Positions 54,060 through 63,124 of a stretch of 64,000 nt of DNA are shown in pieces. Position numbers and translations under genes: made by a program. The notes under the pieces are model-generated. The model saw only the letters and a program-made list of their open reading frames with translations, was not told the origin of the DNA and ran no database searches. Position 1 is the stretch's first letter; the number at the start of each line of letters is the position of its first letter. Origin of the DNA: Pelagomonas calceolata (Eukaryota); contig CAKKNE010000004.1 in assembly GCA_918797485.1 (NCBI GenBank), forward strand, positions 1,860,001 through 1,924,000, given 5' to 3'.

Positions 54060-55995
54060 TTAAAACACGACGGCGGGGGCTGAATCCGCGCCCCGGACGA
54101 CGCGGCCCGCGGCGGCCGCGCCCGCGCGGCACGCCTCCTCCAGGGGGCGCCCCGCCGCCCGCGCGGCGGCGGCGGCGCCGCAGAACGCGTCGCCGGCGCC
54201 GTTCGCGAGGCCGGCGGCGACGCGCTCCGCGGGCAGCGCCGCGACCCGCCCGTCGCGAGTCGCGAGCACCGCGCCCCGCGCGCCGCGCGTGGCGATCACG
54301 GCCGCCCCGGCGCGCTGCGCCAGCGCCGCGGCGTCCCGCTCGAAGCCGACCGGCGCGCCGCCGCACGCGCGCAGGAGCGCCGCGAGCTCCGCCTCGTTCG
54401 GCGTCACGACGTCGCACCGGTGCCGGATCTCCGCGAACGCAGCCGCGGCCTTGGCCGTGGACGTCGGCTCGAACCAGAGCTCCGTCGCGTCGTCCAGCGC
54501 CGCCAGCACCGCCGCGTACGCGTCCTTGCTCAGGTTCGCGTCGACGACGACGACGCGCGCGCCCGCCACGGCGGAGGCGTCCCACGCCGCGGCGTCGGCG
54601 GCGCCGGCGAAGACGCCGCCCACGAGGTCGCCGTCGGCGCCGTGCAGCGCGACGTACGTCGGCGCGGCGGCGGCGGTGGCGCAGCCGCGCACGTCGACGC
54701 CGGCCTCGGCGAGGCTCTCGAGCGTCGACGCGTCCGTCGTCGCGAGGAGCGCCGTCGGCGCGGCGCGCGCGGCCGCCCTCGCGACGTTCGCGCCGACGCC
54801 CCCCCGCGACGCGCGCACGACGCCGGGCGCCGACGTGCCGGCCGCGTCCGCCGCGGCCGTCGCGCAGACGTCGACCGCCGCCGCGCCGCAGACGACGACG
54901 GCGGGCGGGCGGGCGGGCGGCGGCCGCGCCAGCGCGGCCGCGACGTCGGCCGCGACGGCGACGTTGTTGAGGACGAGGGCCACGTTCGCGTCGAGCGACC
55001 TGCCGGCGGTGCGCCGCTCGAGGTCCGCCAGGAGGAAGGGCGTCGCGTCCGCGCCCGCCACGCCCGCGTCGCGCGCCGCCGCGAGCGCGTCGCGCGTGGC
55101 CGCCTCGACGGCCTCCGTCTGGAGCGGCGCCGGGTTGGGCACCGCGAGGACGCAGCCCGAGGCGAGCCCCAGCTCGCGGTGCGCGCCGAACCAGGCCGCG
55201 GCCTCGGCGGCGGAGTCGACGCGGAGCGGCGCGCGGTTCGGCGCGCCGTCGACGCCGGGCGAGCGGAGCGAGAAGAAGGCCGGGAAGTCGCGCGTGCCGA
55301 GCGCGGCGACGGCCACGCCGCGCGTCTCGAGGGCCTCGAGCGTCTTGGGCACGTCGAGGATGGACTTGACGCCGCCGCAGACGACGAGCACTTGCGTCCT
55401 GCCCAGCTCGTCCAGGTCGGCGCTCACGTCCCACCTGCGTGGAACTCAATTTTCGCCGCGACCGCGTCGGCTTGATGGCTCCGAGCGTCACGAAGGTCCA
55501 CTAACCTCACTCACCGGTTGATTGCCACACGGCGTCCCGCGTGTCGGACGCGCCGCGGTGCACGCCGCCGAGCCCGCCCGTTGCGAAGACGTGGACGCCC
55601 GCCCTGCGCGCGGCCCACGCCGTCGCCGCGACGGTCGTCGCGCCGCAGGCCGCGGGGTCAGCGCGCGTCCGCTGCACCGCCCAGCCGAGGTCGCGCCGCG
55701 AGACCTTCGTCGCGGCGCCGGCGCGCCCGCTCGCCGCGACGGCCTCGAGCTCCGCGTCCGCGAGGCCCACGCGGACGGCGCCCGCGAGCACGGCGACCGT
55801 CGCCGGCACCGCGCCGCGCTCCCGCACGGCCGCCTCGCACGCGCGCGCGACCTCCAGGTTGCGCGGGAACGGCATGCCGTGCGTGATGATGGTGCTCTCG
55901 AGCGCGACGACCGGCCGCCGCGCCGCCACCGCCGCGCGCACCTCGTCGCGCACCACGAACGCGCGTTGCGTGCTCAGACGCCTCGCGAGCAGCAT
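54060..55995 (-). CDS. Bifunctional pseudouridine-5'-phosphate glycosidase / PfkB-type pseudouridine kinase, two exons
   Basis: [43 protein letters not shown] after splicing 55540-55435. PfkB motifs TPNEAEL and GAGDAF. Confidence 0.93.
55435..55532. mobile_element. Degenerate introner, antisense to host; intron 55540-55435 (GC-AG, 106 nt)
   Basis: ctgcgtggaactcaa ... caccggttgattgccacacgg. TSD cgtcccac/cgtcccgc (7/8). Confidence 0.92.
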
Positions 55996-56428
55996 TCCTC
56001 CTGTGGTCGTGCTCACGTCGTATAATCCGTAGCAAGGCGGCCAATTATGTGAGGACTGCGGTCAATTTGCGGCGCAGTGCGCTCGACGTGAGCGCCGCGG
56101 TCAGACGGTTAAGGCCGGCGCGCCAGCAGCGCTGGCAAGCACTCGAGCGCTCCGCGGGCGTGAAAATGCGACCCTCGTACGCAAGAATGCGACGTGTGTT
56201 ATGCCTTGTGTTGCTCCGCAGGACAGGACCCGTTTTTAATGTAATGCAAGGGTTACCCTCGCACTGTAATTAGCAAAATGCCCCCAGGGCGGCGCGGCCT
56301 GGCGGCAGCCACCAGTCCACTAGTCCCGGAGTAGCCGCCGCGATTCTAGGGTAGTGGAGTACTCGAGGCGCACCCGCGGGACGGACGAGACTTTCACCCT
56401 TACGCCCCCCCAGAAAAGCCGGTCCGAG

Positions 56429-57280
56429 TCACGTGCCCATGGGCCGCTGGAGCCGGTAGTGCAGCACGACCTCGACGTCCGCGTCCGTGGCGAAGTGCGC
56501 GACGACCTGGCCCAGCGAGAGCTGGTCGTTCAGGACGACGCACTGGTTCTCGAGGGCCACGAGGACCTCGAAGTCCTCGACGGGCGCGTAGCCGAGCTTG
56601 AGCCCGAGGAACTTCTTGAGGTGCGTCACCTTCAGCTGGTCGCTCGTGCTCAGGTACTCGCGCGCGAGGCGGCCGACGCCCGTCTCGTGCGGGTGCGCGC
56701 GCAGCACGAAGTTGACGACGGCCGGCGCGGCGCGCGGCGGGGGCGGCGCGCGGCGCGCCGCCGCCGGGTGCGCGAGCGGCCGCGCGGCCGGCCGCGTCGC
56801 GCGCGGCCGCGGCGCCGGCCGCGGCACGGGCGGCGGCTTGCGGCGCTGCTGGGCCTCGTGCTGCGCGAAGGCCGCGGCGCGGCGGTCGCCCGTCTGGCGC
56901 CGCCGCTTCTCGTTGAACTGCCGCGTCTCGGCCTCGTCGCCGCGCTCGTAGGCGTCGAGGTCGGGGTAGACCGTCGCGATGAGCGCGTCGAAGGCCGCGT
57001 CGCGCTTCAGGCTGCGGCGCGAGGGCACCTTGATGCGGCAGCTCGGGCACTCGTGCTTGGCGACGCGCAGGCACTTTTGGATGCACTCGCCGCAGAAGCG
57101 GTGGAGGCACTCCACCACGATCTCCGTCTTCCTCAAAATCCGCAGGCACACGGGGCACGTGAAGTCCGGCGCGAGCGCCTGGCCGCTCCGCACGACCGTG
57201 GTGGCGGGGTCGGCGCCGGCGCGCCGCACGGGCCGCGGGTCGCTCTGCTCGCCGACGCCCTCGGTGAGCGTGCGGGGCAT
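56429..57280 (-). CDS. RING1: RING1-like Polycomb PRC1 E3 ligase (C3HC4 RING + RAWUL-like C-terminus)
   Basis: CPVCL..ECLHRFCGECIQKCLR..ECPSCR..SRRSLKRD and YLSTS..KVTHLKKFL..LHYR. Confidence 0.85.
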   Translation of the reverse strand: MPRTLTEGVGEQSDPRPVRRAGADPATTVVRSGQALAPDFTCPVCLRILRKTEIVVECLHRFCGECIQKCLRVAKHECPSCRIKVPSRRSLKRDAAFDALIATVYPDLDAYERGDEAETRQFNEKRRRQTGDRRAAAFAQHEAQQRRKPPPVPRPAPRPRATRPAARPLAHPAAARRAPPPPRAAPAVVNFVLRAHPHETGVGRLAREYLSTSDQLKVTHLKKFLGLKLGYAPVEDFEVLVALENQCVVLNDQLSLGQVVAHFATDADVEVVLHYRLQRPMGT

Positions 57281-57615
57281 GCTGTTTCGGGTTCGGGTCT
57301 CGGGTCACGGAGCGTCCGCGGCTGAAAGGCGGCGGCCGCGGTGCACTAGAATGCAAGCGCTTGATCGAAGCGGATGAAACAAGCTGGCAACTCTCTACGG
57401 ATGATCAAGACCAAGCGTCCAACAAAGCTCCAAGTTTTAGCTCTCGGCAGCGCGCTGTTTCGGGTTCGGGTCACGGAGCGTCCGCGGCTGAAAGGCGGCG
57501 GCCGCGGTGCACTAGAATGCAAGCGCTTGATCGAAGCGGATGAAACAAGCGGCAACTCTCTACGGATGATCAAGACCAAGCCAACAAAGCTCCCCGGTTT
57601 AGCCTCGGTAGCGCG
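57281..57615. repeat. ~170-bp tandem duplication filling a divergent promoter
   Basis: Copies start at 57281 and 57454 (gctgtttcgggttcgggtc...ccaacaaagctcc) and are near-identical. Confidence 0.95.
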
Positions 57616-57702
57616 TGTAAGACACTAGCAAGCTACTAATACGGCACTTAAACATGGGGAGGGCCGAGGAATCGAAGCAGTAGCGCGAATATATAGGTCG
57701 CC

Positions 57703-58911
57703 ATGGTCCTCGACTGCCTGGCGGACTGTTTGTCGTTCCCGTGCTTCTTCGGCAACGCGCAGGACGTGGCCCTCTGGGGCCGGCCGATCTGTGTGTACGC
57801 GGGCTGGCTCGCGGCGGCCGGCGCGACGGACGGCGCGCGGCCGGTCGACGCCGCGGCGCTGCCGCGCATGCTCCGGTGCCACCTCGTGCTGCTGGTCGTG
57901 GTGACGATCGCGCTGCTCTTCGACCACCTCGTGGAGGGCGTCGTCGACGCGCCGGCCTTCGCGCTGTCGGCGGCGCAGCTGCTCGCGGCGGCGGGCGCGC
58001 TCGCGGCGCTCAACGCGCCGCACAACCGCGTGGCGCCGCCACCCGCGCTGCGGCGGCGGCGGGCGGCGCTGCTCTCCGCCTTCCTGTGGGCGTCGAACGC
58101 GTGCCTCATCCTCGACGTCGTCTTCTCGGCGCTGTGCGTCGTGGGCGGCCACGAGGAGCCGGTCGTGTCCCTCGACCTGGCCGCGAAGGTGGCCCTGCTC
58201 CTCTTCGTGACGTCGCTGCCCTTCTTCGCGCTCGACCGCGAGCTCGCCGCGAGCCGGAGCGAGCTCACGTTCGTCTGGAAGATCTGGACCATCGAGGCCG
58301 TGGACTTCTGCACCATCCTCTACGGCGCGATCGACTACGCGGCGGCGGAGCGGCGGCGGAACGCGGTGCTCGGCGTCGCGCCGCCGCCGGGCCTCTTCGA
58401 CCCCTGGGGCGGCCTCTGGGCCGCGCCGTGGCGCGCGTGGTCGCCCGCGCTGCGCGTCTACGTGGCCGCGTTCGTCGCGAACGCGGTGCTCTTCGGCGGC
58501 CTCGCGTCGGGGCTGCTCGCGCGCGCGCTCACGGCGCGCGAGGACGAGCACGTCGTGGAGCGGGCGGGCTACATGTTCGTGGCGACGTACGTCTTCGCGC
58601 TGGACGCCGTGACGGACCTGCCCGTCTGGTTCGCGAGCCTCGTGACGCGCGCCTACGTGCACAACCTGTACCTGACCTTCAACGTCGTCATCAACCTGCT
58701 CGCGCTCGTGCGCGGCATCTACATCTGCCTCGTGGCGTGCCTCCTGCCGCTCGGGCCGCCGCCGCGGCTCCTCGGGCCCGACGCCGACCCCGCGCTCTAC
58801 GGCGCGACGCGCGTGGCGTCGACGGAGTCGCTCTCGCGGCTCGAGCGCGCGACCTCGTCCTCGCTTTCCGAGCTCGAGGCGGACCGGCCGCCGCCGCCGC
58901 CGCTTGTGTAA
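57703..58911 (+). CDS. Hypothetical multi-pass membrane protein
   Basis: 402-aa ORF with about 7-8 hydrophobic segments and host codon bias. Confidence 0.75.
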   Translation: MVLDCLADCLSFPCFFGNAQDVALWGRPICVYAGWLAAAGATDGARPVDAAALPRMLRCHLVLLVVVTIALLFDHLVEGVVDAPAFALSAAQLLAAAGALAALNAPHNRVAPPPALRRRRAALLSAFLWASNACLILDVVFSALCVVGGHEEPVVSLDLAAKVALLLFVTSLPFFALDRELAASRSELTFVWKIWTIEAVDFCTILYGAIDYAAAERRRNAVLGVAPPPGLFDPWGGLWAAPWRAWSPALRVYVAAFVANAVLFGGLASGLLARALTAREDEHVVERAGYMFVATYVFALDAVTDLPVWFASLVTRAYVHNLYLTFNVVINLLALVRGIYICLVACLLPLGPPPRLLGPDADPALYGATRVASTESLSRLERATSSSLSELEADRPPPPPLV

Positions 58912-59242
58912 AATCCTACCATGTTACCTGCCAGTGCGCGCGAGCGGCTCCAGCAGTCTCCAGCAGCTGCTCCAGCGACCGCAGTATGGACCTGGGTATT
59001 TTTCGAGCTAGCCTTGTCGTTTCGCTCCCGGAGGAAGCGCCCCACTGGCAGACCAGGGGTGCTCTTCCGAGTCATTCTTATTAGCCCGCGTACTCATCAG
59101 AAAGCCGCGGCCGCCCTGGTCGTCCACGCCGTTATATATGGTCTAGATGCCAAGCGGCGACCCCCGGCCGGCGCCATCCTTCGCGAAGGACGGCTCCTAG
59201 TCGTACGTCGTTACGCGCCGGAAGACGACGGGGGCGGGGCGC

Positions 59243-60406
59243 CTAGAAGAAGGAGCCGTAGCCGCAGGTGTCCGGGACGGTGCAGCCGGGGCGCTGGATG
59301 ATCTCGCGCGCGGCGTAGTGGCCCGCCTTGACGCAGGCGTCCCAGCCCTCGCCCAGGACGAGGCGCGACAGGAAGCCGCCGACGAAGGCGTCGCCCGCGC
59401 CGTTCGTGTCGACGAGGAGCTCCTTGGCGAGGGGCGTCACGGGGTACGTCGTGACCGCGCCCTCGCAGGCGACGATCGTGGAGTCGGCGCCCTGCGTGAA
59501 GACGACGCAGCGCGCGCGGCGGCCCGAGGCCTTGGGCAGGTCGCAGCACTTGAGCGCGACCGTCGCGACGTCCGAGCCCCAGCCCCGGGCCTCGCCGAGC
59601 GCCGCGGCCTCGGTCTCGTTCGCGAAGAGGATGTCGACGAAGGGCATCGTCGCGTCCAGGGCCTCGCCGAAGAACTGCGCGATGAACGGCGCCGAGATGT
59701 TGAGGCAGAAGCGCTTGCCGAAGTCGGCGCAGTGCTGGCCGAGCAGCGCGGTGCAGTCGGGGCCGCCCGACGTGAGGAAGAAGCCCGCGCTGTAGACGAC
59801 CTTGGAGGCGACGAGCAGCTTCTGGACGGCCGCGGTCTCGAGGTGGTCCTTCGTGAAGTTGTTCGCCGCGTCGAGGCGCGTCACGAGCGTGCGCTCGTTC
59901 GTCGGGTCGACGAGCACGCCGCAGACGCCCGTCGGCGCCTCGGCGTCGACCTGGTACGCGACCTCGACGCCGCCCGCGCGCGCGCACTCCGCGAGCTTCG
60001 CGCCGTTCGCGTCGTCGCCGACGCAGCCCGCGAAGGCGCACGCGCCGCCGGCGCGGCCCGCGGCCTTGAGCATCCAGGCGCAGACGCGGATCGAGTTCTG
60101 CGTCGCGCCGCCCGCGATGTACTCGGGCGCGTACTGCGCGACGAGCTCGTCGTAGAGCGTGGCGTGCCGGTCCTCGGCGAGGATGATGTCGCCGCTCTTC
60201 ACGCCGTACTTCTCCAGCACGTCCATGGGCACCTTGCACGAGATGTCCAGCAGCGGGTTGCCCACGCCGAGGAGCAGGACGCCGTCCTTGTGCACGAGGT
60301 GGTCGGGGCCCACGCTGCCGTCCGCCATGTAGAAGTTCGGCGCGACGTCGCGCGAGGTCCGGGTCTTCGCGCCCTTGCCTGTGACGCAGGACGCGATGTA
60401 CTCCAT
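59243..60406 (-). CDS. ADK: Adenosine kinase
   Basis: GNPLLDIS, AGGATQNSIRV, FCLNISAPFI, VVFTQGAD and LVDTNGAGDAFVGGFL motifs. Confidence 0.96.
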   Translation of the reverse strand: MEYIASCVTGKGAKTRTSRDVAPNFYMADGSVGPDHLVHKDGVLLLGVGNPLLDISCKVPMDVLEKYGVKSGDIILAEDRHATLYDELVAQYAPEYIAGGATQNSIRVCAWMLKAAGRAGGACAFAGCVGDDANGAKLAECARAGGVEVAYQVDAEAPTGVCGVLVDPTNERTLVTRLDAANNFTKDHLETAAVQKLLVASKVVYSAGFFLTSGGPDCTALLGQHCADFGKRFCLNISAPFIAQFFGEALDATMPFVDILFANETEAAALGEARGWGSDVATVALKCCDLPKASGRRARCVVFTQGADSTIVACEGAVTTYPVTPLAKELLVDTNGAGDAFVGGFLSRLVLGEGWDACVKAGHYAAREIIQRPGCTVPDTCGYGSFF

Positions 60407-60752
60407 GAAACTCTCAGGATTAGCTGCTTTTATCTATCTCTATGCGCCGCGAGGCGTAGGAGTGCAGCTGGCTCTCGGCGAAGCAATGCACTACCTTCGC
60501 CGTGCGAGGCTGCAAGAGCAGAAAATTGGCGACGGATAGGACGCGGCCGCCGACTACGTCGACCGCCGAGGAGGCTCAATATCATTGGTCCTCCTCTGAG
60601 TTGGTGGGAGACGACTAGAACAGGGCACCCGGGGACTCGGGCTTCCGGCGCGCGGCCGGCGCGCGGCGGGTTTCAGGCCGTTCGAGGACTGTTCGAGGAA
60701 ATCCGCAACCCACGCACACCGCCCCCTGAGTGGGGTTTCAGGCGAGTTACCC

Positions 60753-61379
60753 CTAGGGACACATGAGCGACTCGCGCGTGTCGACGCCCGTCCGCGGGTT
60801 CTTCCCGGCGGCGATGGCGCAGAGCGCGCTCCTCTGGTCCTTGCGCATGTCGACGTCGGTCCAGTCCGTGTCGTCGATGAGCTTGAGGTCCTTGATGACG
60901 GCGCCCGCCATGTAGGCCTGCGTCAGGTCCGCGCCGCGGAGGTCCGCGTTCGAGAGGTCCGCCATCTCGAGGTTAACGAGCTTCATGTTGGCGTCGTTGA
61001 ACTTCGAGCCCGCGAGGTCCGCGTCGAAGAAGCTCGCGGAGAAGAGGTTCACGCCCCTGAAGTTGCAGTTCCGCAGCACCGACTGCTGGAAGGCGACGCC
61101 CTTCAGGTCCTTGCCCGTCCAGTCCGTGTCGTCGAGGTTCACGCCGCGCGTGATCGCGATGACGCGGCCCGACTGGAGCGTCGACGCGCCCCCGCCCGCG
61201 ATCTTCGCGGCGCCCTTCTGGACCTGGCCGCTCGCGTCGACCGCGTGCGCCGGGCCCGCGAGCGCGAGCGCGGCGCACGCCGCGCCGAGGGCTTTCTGCG
61301 CGCACCGGAGCGGTGCGACGTGCCGGGGCCGCAAGGCCGACGCGAGGGCGAGGGTCGCGAGCAGGATGCGCGGCTTCAT
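60753..61379 (-). CDS. Thylakoid-lumen pentapeptide-repeat protein
   Basis: Bipartite presequence ending AHA, A(D/N)LxG repeats, C-terminal LC..A.GKNPRTGVDTRESLMCP. Confidence 0.88.
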   Translation of the reverse strand: MKPRILLATLALASALRPRHVAPLRCAQKALGAACAALALAGPAHAVDASGQVQKGAAKIAGGGASTLQSGRVIAITRGVNLDDTDWTGKDLKGVAFQQSVLRNCNFRGVNLFSASFFDADLAGSKFNDANMKLVNLEMADLSNADLRGADLTQAYMAGAVIKDLKLIDDTDWTDVDMRKDQRSALCAIAAGKNPRTGVDTRESLMCP

Positions 61380-61711
61380 TGGTGCTCCCTGCCGCCGGAA
61401 CGCAGACCTCGCGAGAGTGGCCTAAGCCGGCACTGCGACCCGAGCTTAGCGAGATGTGGCCTAAGCCGGCACCGCGACTGCGCTGCGACTGATGGCTCTG
61501 TGATGGCTGAGCAATGCCTGTCACTCTTGGTGCAGCCGAGCTGAAGCCTGCGAGCGTGTGATTAAGCGACTGTTACAGGAGCAGCGTGCACTCAGCACTC
61601 TCTAACTCAGCTAGTCGAGGCACTGCAGGCTGCCGACCCAAGTGCTGCGCCGCATTCATTGCTCCAAACCACTCGTAGAACTGAGCTGGGAGCGGGCGCA
61701 GCGCAGCTGCC

Positions 61712-62611
61712 ATGGTCGAGCCGGTCCTGCGCACCATGGCCCTCATCCTGGGCGCCCAGGTCGCCGCCCTCGCCGCCCTGGAGCGCGCGACGCCGCGCAC
61801 GGGGCGCGGCATCTGGCTCGCGCCGCGGACGAACGCGCCGAAGCGGGCCACCGAACTCTGGTTCCTGCGCTACGCCGCGGTCTGGATCGGCGCGTTCGCC
61901 CTCATCATCGGCCTCGGGCTCTACGAGCGGTTCACGGCGTGGACGTACCTCGGGGTCTGCGGCGGCCTCGCGCTGCCGCTGGCGCTCCAGCCCTTCTTAT
62001 ACCCGGGGCTGACGCGCGAGGCCGACCGGCCGCTCGCGCAGCGCTACGCGCTCAAGGCGAACGTCTGGCTCGCGATCTTCGGCTGGGTGGGCAACTACTG
62101 GTACACGCACTACTTCTACAGCGTCCTGGGCGCGGCCTACACCATGCCGGCGCACCGCGTCAACGGCGTGCCGTGGTGCATGTTCTTCGCGACGCACTTC
62201 TACTTCTGCTTCTACCACGTCCTCTCGAACTGCGCGCTGCGGTTCATCGCGACGGGCTACGCCCCGGGGCCGCGGCGCGCGGCCCTCCGGGCCGCGGCGG
62301 TGCTCGCGATGGCCTACTTCACGGCCTTCGCCGAGACGCTGACCATCTCGGGCTTCCCCTACTACACCTTCGCGGACCGGGGCCGGGCCTACACCGTCGG
62401 CTCGGCCTTCTACGGCCTCTACTTCGTCGTGTCGTTCCCCGCGTTCCTCCTGGTGGACGAGGCCCCCGCGGGCGCGGTGGGGGCGCAGACGCACTCCCTC
62501 GCGCGCGCGGCCGTCGAGGCGCTCGCCGCGGCCATGGCCGTCCTCCAGCTCCTGGACTTCGTCCGGCTCGCGCTCGGCATCCCGCTCGTGATCCGGAGCG
62601 CGCCCGGCTAG
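61712..62611 (+). CDS. CPI1: Cycloeucalenol cycloisomerase (cyclopropylsterol isomerase)
   Basis: KANVWLAIFGWVGNYWYTHYFYSVLGAAYT, THFYFCFYH and GSAFYGLYFVVSFP motifs. Confidence 0.93.
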   Translation: MVEPVLRTMALILGAQVAALAALERATPRTGRGIWLAPRTNAPKRATELWFLRYAAVWIGAFALIIGLGLYERFTAWTYLGVCGGLALPLALQPFLYPGLTREADRPLAQRYALKANVWLAIFGWVGNYWYTHYFYSVLGAAYTMPAHRVNGVPWCMFFATHFYFCFYHVLSNCALRFIATGYAPGPRRAALRAAAVLAMAYFTAFAETLTISGFPYYTFADRGRAYTVGSAFYGLYFVVSFPAFLLVDEAPAGAVGAQTHSLARAAVEALAAAMAVLQLLDFVRLALGIPLVIRSAPG

Positions 62612-63124
62612 GTCGTCGTAAAAGCACGTCGGGGCGACTCCTACGACGCATCGGGGGCGCGCCGTGGAGTGCGGCGGGAGGATGGACGTGGTCGGGAAAG
62701 GGGCGGACCGGGCCGGCGGCTTCCGATGCGCACGCGGGCTCATAACGTTCACCGGTCCGGGGCGCTTCTCCGGGAGAGAAGCTAAGGCTAGCGACGGGGG
62801 GGGGGGGGGGGGGGGGAGCGGGGCGCGCCGTGTAAAACCCGAACCCGAACCCGAACGTAAATCTCGCCGCACGCACGTTCGTGCGGGGTGGGGCTAAAAA
62901 CCCGTCGTCGTCCCAACCGGTAGCGGCAATTAAATTTGGCAAACCCCGCTGCCCGCCGGCCCTGCATCGGCGGCCGGATCTTGGCGCGCATCGCCCCAGC
63001 GACATCCCCCTCTCCGGAGTTCTGGTCGCTCTGCGGCCGCGCGTGGGCTGCCCCCCCGAGTCTCGCTGCCGCGGTGGCCGCTCGGCGGCCTCCCGCGCCA
63101 CCAACCTGACCCCGGGTCGGAACG

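Noticed and set aside
42458..57615. Direct repeats as a possible CRISPR array
   Set aside because: Only two adjacent copies each, no unique spacers, no cas genes, eukaryotic context.
54060..60406. Pseudouridine kinase/glycosidase and adenosine kinase as a nucleoside-salvage cluster
   Set aside because: They are separated by two unrelated genes, the fusion is common in eukaryotes, and proximity could be chance.
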